DNA of 32,000 bases from Mycobacterium tuberculosis H37Rv (lineage in GTDB: Bacteria > Actinomycetota > Actinomycetes > Mycobacteriales > Mycobacteriaceae): the NCBI RefSeq assembly GCF_000195955.2, contig NC_000962.3:1740001-1772000 (forward strand). The letters run 5' to 3'. Position numbers and translations under genes: made by a program. Under the pieces are notes generated by a model. It searched no databases. It was not told where the DNA came from and saw nothing but the letters and a program-made list of their open reading frames with translations. Below, piece by piece: positions 11,297 to 20,996 of the stretch (within the stretch, counting starts at the first letter, position 1; each line of letters opens with the position of its first letter).

Positions 11297-13333
11297 CTAA
11301 TGGATCCAGCCCGACGCCCGACTGTCCCCGTTGAGATACCCCGAGACCTCGTCGTCGAAGTTGGCGAAGCCCGACATGAGGCTGCCGAAGTTGAAGAAGC
11401 CAGAGATCGAGGTTCCCGCATTGACGAAACCCGAAATGTTGGCCGTACCGGTGATCGTGGGTACCGAGTTTCTGAAGCCCGACAGATGGTCACCCACGTT
11501 GATGATGCCGGCGTTGTAGTTGCCCACGTTGGCCAGGCCCGAGTTACCGGTGACAAATTCGGCGTGTTCGTCACGGGCGTTGTTATCGAAGCCCGAGTTG
11601 AAGGTGCCGGCGTTAGCGTAGCCCGAGTTGTTGGTGCCCGTGTGCAGCCAGCCGGAGTTCTGTACCGGCTGGTTGACCGAGTTGAACAATCCGGTGTTGA
11701 GATCGCCCGAGTTGAAGAAGCCGGTGTTGATGTTGCCGGAGTTGAAGTAGCCGGTGTTCACGTTGCCCGAGTTGAAATCGCCCGTGTTCATGCTGCCGGC
11801 ATTGAAGCTACCCGTGTTGGTATGGCCGGAGTTAAACAGACCCATGCTGCCGGTGACCAGGTTTCCGCCCGAGTTTCCGATTCCGGTGTTCGTGGTGCCC
11901 GAGTTGAACCAGCCGGTATTGGTGGTGCCGGAGTTGAACCAGCCGGTGCTGGTGGTGGCCGAGTTGAACCAGCCCGTGCTGAGCTGGCCGGAGTTGCCGA
12001 TACCGGTACTGAGCTCGCCGGAGTTGCCGAAGCCCGAGCTGCGCTCGGCCGAACTGCCGAACTCCACGCTCAGCGCCCCGACTCCATTGCCCGAGTTTCC
12101 CATGCCGATGTTGTTATTGCCCGAGTTGAAAAAGCCGATATTACCGTTGCCCGAGTTCCCGAAGCCGAGGTTCCCGCTACCTGAATTGAGGGCGCCGAAA
12201 CCTATCTGGTTATCACCGGTGAGCCCGAAGCCGATGTTGTTGTTGCCGCTGTTCCCAAACCCGATGTTATGAGAGCCCTTGTTGCCGAAACCGATATTTC
12301 CACTGCCAAGGTTGCCGCTGCCAAAGTTGGTGTCGCCGGTGTTTCCGTTACCAAAGTTGACGTTACCGGTGTTTCCGAACCCGAAATTCGAGTTCCCGGT
12401 GTTGCCGCCACCCACGTTGAGATTTCCGGTGTTACCGCCGCCAAAGTTGGTGTCGCCGGTATTTCCACTACCCAGGTTATAGCTGCCGAGGTTGCCGCCG
12501 CCCAGGTTATAGCTGCCGATGTTTCCGCTACCCCAGTTGAGCGTGCCCGTGTTTCCACTGTCCGGGTTGAGATCCCCGGTGTTGCCGCCACCCAGGTTGT
12601 AGCTGCCGATATTGCCGCTGCCCAGGTTGAGATCACCGATATTGGCGTTGCCCAAGTTGACGCTGCCCGTGTTGGCGCTACCCGGGTTGAAGCTGCCCAG
12701 GTTGCCGAGGCCCAGATTGCCGCTGGCCAGATTGAAGCCACCGATGGTGACGTTGCCCAGATCGAGAAACGGAAACCCCGCGATGATCACCGCACCGCCG
12801 GGCGTGGCTGCCGCGCTCGGCGACGGTGTGAACGGCGTCAGCGACAAGGCGACCGCCGACGCCTCGCCGTGATAACCGAGCATCGCGGCGACATCGGCGG
12901 CCCACATCTGCTCATAGACGGCCTCGACGGCCGCGATGGCCGGGGCGTTTTGCCCCAACAGATTCGAGGCCACCAAGGAGCGCAACCGACCTCGATTGGC
13001 GCTCACCGCGCCCGGATGCACCGTCGCCGCCAGCGCCGCCTCGAACGCCGATACCGCCGCCTGGGCTTGACCCGCCGCCTGCTCAGCCTGCGCTGCGGCC
13101 GTGGTCAGCCAGCGAGCATAGGACGCGGCCACGCCTGTCATGGCCGCTGACGCCGGACCTTGCCAGGACCCGGTGGCCAACTGCGAGGTCACCGCCGAAA
13201 ATGAGGCCGCCGCCGAACCCAAATCGCCGGCCAGCCCGGTCCAGGCCGACGCCGCCGCCAACATCGGTCCCGGCCCGGCACCAGCGAACATCAGCGCCGA
13301 ATTGATCTCCGGCGGCAACACCGAAAAATTCAT
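11297..13333 (-). CDS. PPE21: PPE family protein, MPTR subfamily; ATG at 13333 gives 678 aa (the 777-aa ORF-track start is upstream)
   Basis: [38 protein letters not shown] signature followed by long NxGxGNxG/NTGxxNxG repeats. Confidence 0.95.
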   Translation of the reverse strand: MNFSVLPPEINSALMFAGAGPGPMLAAASAWTGLAGDLGSAAASFSAVTSQLATGSWQGPASAAMTGVAASYARWLTTAAAQAEQAAGQAQAAVSAFEAALAATVHPGAVSANRGRLRSLVASNLLGQNAPAIAAVEAVYEQMWAADVAAMLGYHGEASAVALSLTPFTPSPSAAATPGGAVIIAGFPFLDLGNVTIGGFNLASGNLGLGNLGSFNPGSANTGSVNLGNANIGDLNLGSGNIGSYNLGGGNTGDLNPDSGNTGTLNWGSGNIGSYNLGGGNLGSYNLGSGNTGDTNFGGGNTGNLNVGGGNTGNSNFGFGNTGNVNFGNGNTGDTNFGSGNLGSGNIGFGNKGSHNIGFGNSGNNNIGFGLTGDNQIGFGALNSGSGNLGFGNSGNGNIGFFNSGNNNIGMGNSGNGVGALSVEFGSSAERSSGFGNSGELSTGIGNSGQLSTGWFNSATTSTGWFNSGTTNTGWFNSGTTNTGIGNSGGNLVTGSMGLFNSGHTNTGSFNAGSMNTGDFNSGNVNTGYFNSGNINTGFFNSGDLNTGLFNSVNQPVQNSGWLHTGTNNSGYANAGTFNSGFDNNARDEHAEFVTGNSGLANVGNYNAGIINVGDHLSGFRNSVPTITGTANISGFVNAGTSISGFFNFGSLMSGFANFDDEVSGYLNGDSRASGWIH
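11360..12720 (-). repeat. MPTR (major polymorphic tandem repeat) tract inside the PPE gene
   Basis: Dense degenerate repeats such as [36 protein letters not shown]; at DNA level on + strand recurrent gttgccgNtgcccgagtt / accggtgtt units. Confidence 0.9.
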
Positions 13334-13605
13334 CACAACCATCCCGTCAGCCGGCCACACCCACCGGGCTTCACGGCGCTGTCTGGCCCCAACCGCAGCG
13401 AAGCCTACGAAAAAGCCGGGCGCTTCGGACGGGCGCAGGTTAAATCCAGGTAACGCGTGACGAATCTCGCGAGGAGCCTCCTTGCGGCCATGGGCCGCCA
13501 CGGGTCTCGGTGGTCGCGGCCCCGTGCTTCCGCGTCCTTCGATTGTGGACGTACGCTCACCGATGTGACCTGGGCCATACTGATCCGCTGTCAAGGAGAA
13601 CGGAA

Positions 13606-14037
13606 ATGACCACAACAGAGCGCCCGACAACCATGTGCGAGGCGTTCCAGCGCACCGCCGTCATGGACCCGGACGCCGTTGCGCTACGGACCCCCGGCGG
13701 TAACCAGACAATGACATGGCGAGACTACGCGGCGCAGGTGCGGCGGGTCGCTGCCGGCCTGGCAGGTTTGGGAGTTCGGCGCGGCGACACGGTCTCGCTG
13801 ATGATGGCGAACCGGATCGAGTTCTACCCGCTCGACGTCGGTGCTCAGCACGTCGGCGCCACCTCGTTTTCGGTGTACAACACCCTGCCCGCCGAGCAGC
13901 TGACCTACGTGTTCGACAACGCGGGGACCAAGGTGGTCATCTGCGAGCAACAGTACGTCGATCGCGTTCGCGCCAGCGGTGTGCCCATCGAACACATCGT
14001 CTGCGTCGATGGCGCGCCCCCGGCACGCTCTCGCTGA
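13606..14037 (+). CDS. fadD11.1: N-terminal fragment of acyl-CoA ligase (fadD11.1); RBS AAGGAG at 13593-13598 supports the ATG at 13606, not the ORF-track start at 13510
   Basis: Homology-like N-terminal AMP-ligase sequence only begins at MTTTERP; 32 upstream residues of the longer ORF look non-coding. Confidence 0.75.
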   Translation: MTTTERPTTMCEAFQRTAVMDPDAVALRTPGGNQTMTWRDYAAQVRRVAAGLAGLGVRRGDTVSLMMANRIEFYPLDVGAQHVGATSFSVYNTLPAEQLTYVFDNAGTKVVICEQQYVDRVRASGVPIEHIVCVDGAPPARSR

Positions 14038-15431
14038 CGGATTTGTACGCGGCCGCCTCCGGCGACTTCTTCGACTTCGAGTCGACGTGGCGTGCCGTAC
14101 AACCCGAGGACATTGTCACCCTCATCTACACGTCCGGCACAACGGGAAACCCCAAGGGTGTGGAGATGACCCACGCCAACCTGCTGTTCGAGGGGTATGC
14201 CATCGACGAGGTGCTCGGAATCCGGTTTGGCGATCGGGTGACGTCCTTCCTGCCATCGGCGCACATCGCCGATCGGATGACCGGGCTGTACCTGCAGGAG
14301 ATGTTCGGCACCCAGGTCACCGCGGTGGCCGACGCGCGCACGATCGCAGCCGCGCTCCCCGACGTGCGGCCAACCGTGTGGGGGGCCGTTCCCCGGGTTT
14401 GGGAAAAGCTTAAGGCCGGAATCGAATTCACCGTCGCTCGTGAGACCGACGAGATGAAGCGGCAGGCGTTGGCGTGGGCGATGTCGGTGGCTGGCAAACG
14501 CGCCAACGCCCTGCTCGCAGGTGAATCTATGTCGGATCAGCTGGTCGCCGAATGGGCCAAAGCCGACGAGTTGGTGTTGTCCAAGTTGCGCGAGCGGCTG
14601 GGCTTCGGCGAGCTGCGGTGGGCCCTGTCCGGAGCGGCGCCGATCCCCAAGGAGACGCTCGCGTTCTTCGCAGGTATCGGCATCCCAATCGCCGAGATTT
14701 GGGGAATGTCGGAGCTGAGCTGCGTTGCCACCGCCAGCCATCCCCGCGACGGGCGGCTGGGCACCGTCGGAAAACTACTTCCCGGGCTGCAGGGCAAGAT
14801 CGCCGAAGACGGTGAGTACCTGGTCCGCGGTCCGCTGGTGATGAAGGGTTATCGCAAAGAACCGGCCAAGACCGCGGAGGCGATCGACTCCGACGGCTGG
14901 CTACACACCGGAGATGTCTTCGATATCGACTCCGACGGCTATCTGCGGGTGGTGGACCGCAAGAAGGAGCTGATCATCAATGCGGCCGGAAAAAACATGT
15001 CGCCGGCCAACATCGAGAACACCATCCTGGCCGCGTGCCCCATGGTCGGGGTGATGATGGCAATCGGTGACGGGCGAACGTATAACACCGCGCTGTTGGT
15101 CTTCGACGCCGACTCTCTCGGTCCGTATGCGGCCCAGCGTGGCCTCGATGCCTCGCCCGCGGCTCTGGCGGCTGACCCGGAGGTGATCGCGCGCATCGCC
15201 GCCGGCGTGGCCGAGGGCAACGCCAAATTATCGCGGGTCGAACAGATCAAGCGGTTCCGCATATTGCCCACCCTGTGGGAGCCCGGCGGGGACGAGATAA
15301 CCCTGACGATGAAACTCAAGCGCCGTCGAATCGCCGCGAAATATTCCGCGGAGATCGAGGAGCTCTACGCCAGCGAGCTGAGACCGCAGGTTTACGAGCC
15401 CGCTGCCGTGCCATCGACACAACCGGCATGA
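13716..15431 (+). CDS. fadD11: Main body of acyl-CoA ligase as an ORF; genuine homology starts at about 14021, upstream residues are out-of-frame
   Basis: 571-aa ORF; YTSGTTGNPKGVE, WGMSELSC, GWLHTGDVFDIDSDGYLRVVDRKKELIINAAGKNMSPANIE. Confidence 0.8.
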   Translation: MARLRGAGAAGRCRPGRFGSSARRHGLADDGEPDRVLPARRRCSARRRHLVFGVQHPARRAADLRVRQRGDQGGHLRATVRRSRSRQRCAHRTHRLRRWRAPGTLSLTDLYAAASGDFFDFESTWRAVQPEDIVTLIYTSGTTGNPKGVEMTHANLLFEGYAIDEVLGIRFGDRVTSFLPSAHIADRMTGLYLQEMFGTQVTAVADARTIAAALPDVRPTVWGAVPRVWEKLKAGIEFTVARETDEMKRQALAWAMSVAGKRANALLAGESMSDQLVAEWAKADELVLSKLRERLGFGELRWALSGAAPIPKETLAFFAGIGIPIAEIWGMSELSCVATASHPRDGRLGTVGKLLPGLQGKIAEDGEYLVRGPLVMKGYRKEPAKTAEAIDSDGWLHTGDVFDIDSDGYLRVVDRKKELIINAAGKNMSPANIENTILAACPMVGVMMAIGDGRTYNTALLVFDADSLGPYAAQRGLDASPAALAADPEVIARIAAGVAEGNAKLSRVEQIKRFRILPTLWEPGGDEITLTMKLKRRRIAAKYSAEIEELYASELRPQVYEPAAVPSTQPA

Positions 15432-15444
15432 CGGGGGCTAGCCA

Positions 15445-17310
15445 GTGACTGCACGGGAGGTGGGCCGCATCGGACTGCGAAAGTTGCTGCAGCGCATCGG
15501 TATTGTTGCTGAATCAATGACGCCGCTAGCGACCGACCCCGTTGAGGTTACCCAACTGCTGGATGCCCGATGGTATGACGAGCGGCTGCGTGCGCTGGCC
15601 GACGAGCTCGGACGCGATCCGGACAGCGTGCGCGCCGAGGCGGCAGGCTATCTGCGGGAGATGGCCGCCTCGCTGGATGAGCGGGCCGTGCAGGCATGGC
15701 GCGGCTTCAGTCGCTGGCTCATGCGCGCCTACGACGTACTGGTCGACGAGGACCAGATCACGCAGCTGCGCAAGCTTGATCGCAAAGCCACCCTGGCGTT
15801 CGCGTTCTCGCATCGTTCGTACTTGGATGGGATGCTGCTGCCCGAGGCGATCCTGGCCAACCGGCTCTCGCCGGCGCTGACCTTCGGCGGGGCGAACCTG
15901 AACTTCTTTCCGATGGGCGCTTGGGCCAAACGTACCGGGGCTATCTTCATTCGGCGTCAGACGAAAGATATTCCCGTCTACCGCTTCGTATTACGTGCTT
16001 ACGCCGCGCAGCTGGTGCAAAACCATGTCAACCTCACCTGGTCGATCGAAGGGGGTCGGACCAGAACGGGCAAGCTACGGCCACCGGTGTTCGGGATCCT
16101 GCGTTACATCACCGATGCGGTCGACGAAATCGACGGTCCCGAAGTGTATTTGGTGCCGACCTCGATCGTGTACGACCAGCTGCACGAGGTGGAAGCCATG
16201 ACCACCGAGGCCTATGGCGCGGTGAAACGACCCGAAGACCTGCGCTTTCTGGTCCGGTTGGCGCGACAGCAGGGCGAGCGACTGGGCCGCGCCTATCTCG
16301 ACTTCGGCGAACCGCTGCCGCTTCGCAAGCGCCTGCAGGAGATGCGCGCCGACAAGTCGGGCACCGGCAGCGAGATCGAACGGATCGCGTTGGATGTCGA
16401 GCACCGGATCAACCGCGCCACACCGGTTACCCCCACCGCGGTGGTGAGTCTGGCCCTGCTGGGCGCGGACCGCTCGTTGTCCATCAGCGAGGTGTTGGCG
16501 ACGGTTCGCCCGTTGGCCAGCTACATAGCTGCCCGCAACTGGGCGGTGGCCGGCGCCGCCGATCTGACGAATCGCTCGACGATCCGGTGGACCTTGCATC
16601 AGATGGTTGCTTCCGGCGTGGTGAGTGTCTACGACGCGGGCACCGAGGCGGTGTGGGGCATCGGCGAGGACCAGCACCTGGTGGCGGCGTTTTACCGCAA
16701 CACCGCGATCCATATCCTGGTCGATCGGGCCGTCGCCGAGTTGGCGTTGCTGGCGGCCGCAGAGACCACAACAAACGGCTCGGTTTCCCCGGCGACCGTG
16801 CGTGATGAGGCGTTGAGCCTTCGCGACTTGCTGAAGTTCGAGTTCTTGTTTTCTGGCCGTGCCCAGTTTGAGAAAGACCTCGCAAACGAGGTACTGCTGA
16901 TCGGGTCGGTGGTCGACACCTCCAAGCCCGCGGCCGCAGCCGATGTGTGGCGCCTGCTGGAATCGGCCGATGTGCTGCTGGCCCACCTGGTGCTGCGGCC
17001 GTTTCTCGATGCCTACCACATTGTCGCCGATCGGCTGGCCGCCCATGAAGACGACTCTTTCGACGAGGAAGGGTTTCTGGCCGAGTGTCTACAGGTCGGC
17101 AAGCAGTGGGAGCTGCAGCGCAATATCGCCAGCGCCGAGTCCAGGTCGATGGAGCTGTTCAAGACCGCACTGCGCCTGGCTCGCCATCGCGAGCTGGTCG
17201 ACGGTGCCGATGCGACGGACATCGCCAAACGCCGACAGCAGTTCGCCGACGAGATAGCCACGGCAACCAGGCGGGTAAACACAATCGCAGAACTGGCCCG
17301 CAGGCAATGA
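15445..17310 (+). CDS. plsB1: Glycerol-3-phosphate acyltransferase (PlsB-type)
   Basis: 621 aa; FAFSHRSYLDGMLLPEAI (HxxxxD motif), GAWAKRTGAIFIRRQ, SIEGGRTRTGKLRPP, VYLVPTSIVYDQLHE. Confidence 0.93.
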   Translation: MTAREVGRIGLRKLLQRIGIVAESMTPLATDPVEVTQLLDARWYDERLRALADELGRDPDSVRAEAAGYLREMAASLDERAVQAWRGFSRWLMRAYDVLVDEDQITQLRKLDRKATLAFAFSHRSYLDGMLLPEAILANRLSPALTFGGANLNFFPMGAWAKRTGAIFIRRQTKDIPVYRFVLRAYAAQLVQNHVNLTWSIEGGRTRTGKLRPPVFGILRYITDAVDEIDGPEVYLVPTSIVYDQLHEVEAMTTEAYGAVKRPEDLRFLVRLARQQGERLGRAYLDFGEPLPLRKRLQEMRADKSGTGSEIERIALDVEHRINRATPVTPTAVVSLALLGADRSLSISEVLATVRPLASYIAARNWAVAGAADLTNRSTIRWTLHQMVASGVVSVYDAGTEAVWGIGEDQHLVAAFYRNTAIHILVDRAVAELALLAAAETTTNGSVSPATVRDEALSLRDLLKFEFLFSGRAQFEKDLANEVLLIGSVVDTSKPAAAADVWRLLESADVLLAHLVLRPFLDAYHIVADRLAAHEDDSFDEEGFLAECLQVGKQWELQRNIASAESRSMELFKTALRLARHRELVDGADATDIAKRRQQFADEIATATRRVNTIAELARRQ

Positions 17311-17319
17311 GCGACAAAT

Positions 17320-17336
17320 GCGGCCGCCAGGGCCGC
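17320..17336. terminator. Possible weak terminator hairpin GCGGCC-gccag-GGCCGC, without U-tract
   Basis: 6-bp perfect stem, 5-nt loop, 10 bp after the plsB1 stop. Confidence 0.25.
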
Positions 17337-17396
17337 TGCGCCGTCCAGCGAACGGGTCAAACGGTGGACGCGCCATCCCCCCGGGCATAGTCTGAA

Positions 17397-17412
17397 TGTG
17401 ATCTAGGTCACG
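17397..17412. promoter_or_regulatory. Candidate CRP/FNR-family binding site TGTGA-TCTAGG-TCACG
   Basis: 9 of 10 outer positions match TGTGA-N6-TCACA; lies 26-41 bp upstream of the 77-aa ORF and about 270 bp upstream of frdA. Confidence 0.65.
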
Positions 17413-17437
17413 TGCCAGCACCGGAGGAGGCGGGACT

Positions 17438-17671
17438 ATGGTCGCGACCACTACGCACTTCCCGAAGCAAAAAGCGCCCTGCGGGCACATGGTTGACGGC
17501 GATCACCACATCGAGCGCGACGACGAAGGCCTTGCCTACGACGACCTCAAGTTTTCCTGCGGCTGCCGCGAAATCCGGCATTTCTACCACGACGGATCCA
17601 TGCGGGTACGCACGATTCGACACGACGGCAAGGTGTTGAAGGACGAGCACAGCGGCGATCACGAAGCGTGA
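17438..17671 (+). CDS. Small His/Cys-rich protein, 77 aa, probable first gene of the frd transcription unit
   Basis: ATG preceded by GGAGGAGG (17422-17429); strong G/C third-position bias; ends 9 bp before the frdA ATG; MVATTTHFPKQKAPCGHMVDGDHHIERDDEGLAYDDLKFSCGCREIRHFYHDGSMRVRTIRHDGKVLKDEHSGDHEA. Confidence 0.7.
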   Translation: MVATTTHFPKQKAPCGHMVDGDHHIERDDEGLAYDDLKFSCGCREIRHFYHDGSMRVRTIRHDGKVLKDEHSGDHEA

Positions 17672-17680
17672 ACCAGCGCG

Positions 17681-19432
17681 ATGACCGCCCAACACAACAT
17701 CGTGGTTATCGGCGGCGGTGGTGCGGGTCTGCGCGCCGCGATTGCGATAGCCGAAACCAATCCGCACCTGGATGTGGCGATCGTTTCCAAGGTGTACCCG
17801 ATGCGCAGCCACACCGTCTCGGCTGAGGGCGGCGCCGCGGCGGTGACCGGTGACGACGACAGCCTCGATGAACACGCGCACGACACGGTATCCGGTGGCG
17901 ACTGGCTGTGTGACCAAGATGCGGTCGAGGCTTTCGTGGCCGAGGCGCCCAAAGAGTTGGTGCAGCTCGAGCATTGGGGCTGTCCGTGGAGCCGTAAACC
18001 AGACGGGCGCGTTGCCGTTCGCCCGTTCGGCGGGATGAAGAAGCTGCGCACCTGGTTTGCCGCCGACAAGACGGGATTTCACCTCCTGCACACGTTGTTT
18101 CAACGGCTGCTCACCTATTCCGACGTCATGCGCTATGACGAGTGGTTCGCTACGACGCTGCTGGTCGACGACGGCAGGGTATGTGGTCTGGTCGCTATCG
18201 AGTTGGCGACCGGGCGCATCGAGACGATCCTTGCCGACGCGGTGATTCTGTGCACCGGCGGATGCGGGCGGGTATTTCCATTCACCACCAACGCGAACAT
18301 CAAGACCGGCGACGGCATGGCGCTCGCATTCCGCGCGGGCGCGCCCCTAAAAGACATGGAATTCGTCCAATACCACCCCACCGGACTGCCGTTCACCGGG
18401 ATCTTGATCACCGAGGCCGCACGAGCTGAAGGCGGCTGGCTGCTCAACAAAGACGGCTACCGCTACCTCCAGGATTACGACCTCGGCAAGCCCACGCCCG
18501 AGCCCAGGCTGCGCAGTATGGAGCTCGGGCCCAGGGACCGACTGTCGCAGGCCTTCGTACACGAGCACAACAAAGGAAGGACGGTCGACACCCCGTACGG
18601 CCCCGTCGTCTATCTAGACCTGCGGCACCTGGGGGCGGACCTGATCGATGCAAAGTTGCCGTTCGTACGTGAGCTGTGCCGCGACTACCAGCACATCGAC
18701 CCCGTGGTCGAATTGGTCCCGGTACGACCGGTAGTGCACTACATGATGGGTGGCGTTCACACCGATATCAACGGCGCCACAACGCTTCCCGGGCTATATG
18801 CCGCAGGTGAAACAGCCTGCGTGAGCATTAATGGCGCCAACCGCCTGGGGTCGAACTCGCTGCCCGAGCTGCTGGTGTTCGGGGCTCGAGCGGGCCGTGC
18901 CGCCGCGGATTACGCAGCGCGCCACCAAAAGTCGGACCGTGGCCCGTCGTCGGCAGTGCGGGCTCAGGCCCGCACCGAGGCTCTACGGCTAGAGCGTGAG
19001 CTCAGCCGCCATGGCCAGGGAGGCGAACGAATCGCGGATATTCGGGCGGACATGCAGGCCACCTTGGAAAGCGCCGCGGGTATTTATCGTGACGGACCCA
19101 CCCTCACCAAAGCGGTCGAGGAGATTCGGGTGCTGCAGGAACGATTCGCCACGGCGGGCATCGACGATCACAGCCGCACATTCAACACCGAGCTGACTGC
19201 GCTGCTCGAGTTGTCGGGGATGCTCGACGTTGCACTGGCGATCGTCGAATCGGGTTTGCGCCGAGAAGAATCCCGTGGCGCACACCAGCGAACCGACTTT
19301 CCGAACCGGGACGACGAGCATTTCTTGGCGCACACCTTGGTTCATAGAGAAAGCGACGGAACGCTGCGGGTCGGCTACCTTCCGGTCACTATCACTCGCT
19401 GGCCACCGGGCGAACGCGTGTATGGGAGGTAA
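17681..19432 (+). CDS. frdA: Fumarate reductase flavoprotein subunit
   Basis: 583 aa; [86 protein letters not shown]. Confidence 0.97.
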
Positions 19433-19434
19433 GG

Positions 19435-20178
19435 ATGATGGATCGAATTGTCATGGAGGTCTCCCGGTATCGGCCCGAGATCGAATCGGCCCCGACATTT
19501 CAGGCCTACGAGGTTCCCCTCACCCGCGAATGGGCGGTGTTGGACGGCCTGACCTACATCAAGGATCACCTCGACGGAACACTCTCCTTCCGCTGGTCGT
19601 GCCGGATGGGTATCTGCGGCAGTAGTGGTATGACGATCAACGGCGACCCAAAGCTGGCGTGCGCGACATTCCTTGCCGATTACCTACCCGGGCCGGTGCG
19701 GGTGGAGCCGATGCGAAACTTCCCGGTGATCCGCGATCTCGTTGTCGACATCAGTGACTTCATGGCCAAGCTGCCCAGTGTGAAGCCGTGGCTCGTCCGG
19801 CATGATGAACCGCCCGTCGAAGACGGCGAATACCGGCAGACCCCGGCCGAACTCGATGCATTCAAGCAGTTCAGCATGTGTATCAACTGCATGTTGTGCT
19901 ACTCGGCGTGCCCGGTGTACGCGCTGGACCCCGACTTCCTCGGTCCGGCGGCGATCGCGCTGGGGCAGCGGTACAACCTGGACTCGCGCGACCAAGGTGC
20001 GGCGGATCGCAGGGATGTCCTGGCCGCGGCCGACGGCGCTTGGGCGTGCACCCTGGTGGGCGAATGTTCGACGGCTTGTCCGAAAGGCGTCGATCCTGCC
20101 GGCGCGATCCAGCGCTACAAGCTGACCGCGGCCACGCACGCGCTGAAGAAGTTGCTGTTCCCTTGGGGGGGCGGATGA
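19435..20178 (+). CDS. frdB: Fumarate reductase iron-sulfur subunit
   Basis: 247 aa; [2Fe-2S] [56 protein letters not shown] cysteine motifs. Confidence 0.97.
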
Positions 20179-20555
20179 GCGCCTATCGCCAGCCGGTCGA
20201 AAGATACTGGTGGGCGAGGCGGCGTTCTTACCTGCGATTCATGCTTCGCGAAATCAGTTGCATCTTCGTGGCCTGGTTTGTTCTCTATCTGATGCTGGTA
20301 TTGCGCGCCGTTGGCGCGGGCGGGAATTCCTACCAGCGGTTTTTGGACTTCAGCGCCAATCCGGTTGTCGTAGTGCTGAACGTCGTCGCGTTGAGTTTCC
20401 TGCTGCTGCATGCTGTTACCTGGTTCGGATCGGCACCGCGCGCGATGGTGATTCAGGTTCGCGGCCGCCGGGTACCCGCTCGCGCGGTCCTTGCTGGGCA
20501 CTACGCGGCATGGCTGGTGGTTTCGGTGATCGTTGCCTGGATGGTGCTGTCATGA
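20175..20555 (+). CDS. frdC: Fumarate reductase membrane anchor subunit C
   Basis: 126 aa from the ATG at 20175 (ATGA overlap with the frdB stop): [35 protein letters not shown]...; the ORF-track ORF begins too early. Confidence 0.93.
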
Positions 20556-20929
20556 CTCCCTCGACATCGGATGCCAGGTCGCGCCGACGCTCGGCGGAGC
20601 CCTTCCTGTGGCTGCTGTTCAGCGCCGGGGGCATGGTCACCGCCCTGGTTGCGCCCGTCCTGCTGTTGCTGTTCGGACTCGCGTTTCCGCTCGGGTGGCT
20701 CGACGCGCCCGACCACGGGCACCTACTGGCGATGGTGCGCAACCCGATCACCAAGCTTGTTGTGCTGGTCCTGGTGGTACTGGCCCTGTTCCATGCGGCG
20801 CACCGGTTCCGGTTCGTGCTCGACCATGGGCTGCAACTGGGCCGGTTCGACCGAGTGATCGCCCTGTGGTGTTACGGCATGGCCGTGTTGGGCTCGGCGA
20901 CGGCGGGTTGGATGTTGCTCACTATGTAA
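20552..20929 (+). CDS. frdD: Fumarate reductase membrane anchor subunit D
   Basis: 125 aa from the ATG at 20552 (ATGA overlap with the frdC stop); hydrophobic, ...SAEPFLWLLFSAGGMVTALVAPVLLLLFGLAFP...FHAAHRFRFVLDHGLQL. Confidence 0.92.
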   Translation: MTPSTSDARSRRRSAEPFLWLLFSAGGMVTALVAPVLLLLFGLAFPLGWLDAPDHGHLLAMVRNPITKLVVLVLVVLALFHAAHRFRFVLDHGLQLGRFDRVIALWCYGMAVLGSATAGWMLLTM

Positions 20930-20962
20930 AGTCGCTGGCCGGGCGCTTTGGCCGCCGGCACG

Positions 20963-20982
20963 GTACGGTACGGACCTGTACC
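20963..20982. promoter_or_regulatory. Candidate TetR operator: GTACGGTACGGACCTGTACC (contains GGTAC-N6-GTACC palindrome)
   Basis: Located 14 bp upstream of the regulator ATG at 20997. Confidence 0.5.
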
Positions 20983-20996
20983 ACCACAACGGTTCT

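Larger units (their letters stand above)
13606..15431 (+). pseudogene. fadD11: Long-chain fatty-acid-CoA ligase disrupted by a -1 frameshift near 14017-14021 (annotated as two pieces, fadD11.1 and fadD11)
   Basis: Frame 1 (13606-14037) encodes [32 protein letters not shown]...[14 protein letters not shown]; the AMP-ligase continuation [18 protein letters not shown]...LIYTSGTTGNPKGVEMTH...is in frame 0. Confidence 0.85.

Noticed and set aside
11300-12741. Long plus- and minus-strand repetitive ORFs (294 aa, 172 aa, 179 aa, 293 aa) inside the PPE gene; could be mistaken for a CRISPR or satellite
   Set aside because: The repeats are degenerate MPTR units without regular spacers; alternative frames simply mirror the NxGxGNxG coding repeat.
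14011-14037. Programmed ribosomal frameshift as explanation for split fadD11
   Set aside because: No canonical X-XXY-YYZ slippery site or evident stimulatory structure that I could establish; a one-base deletion in the C tract is simpler. Left testable by proteomics.
13905-14741. 278-aa minus ORF and several others antisense to fadD11 and plsB1
   Set aside because: Same shadow pattern; no motifs and no RBS.
19684-20139. 151-aa minus ORF antisense to frdB
   Set aside because: The sense strand has all Fe-S cysteine motifs; the antisense product is an Arg/Val/His-rich shadow.
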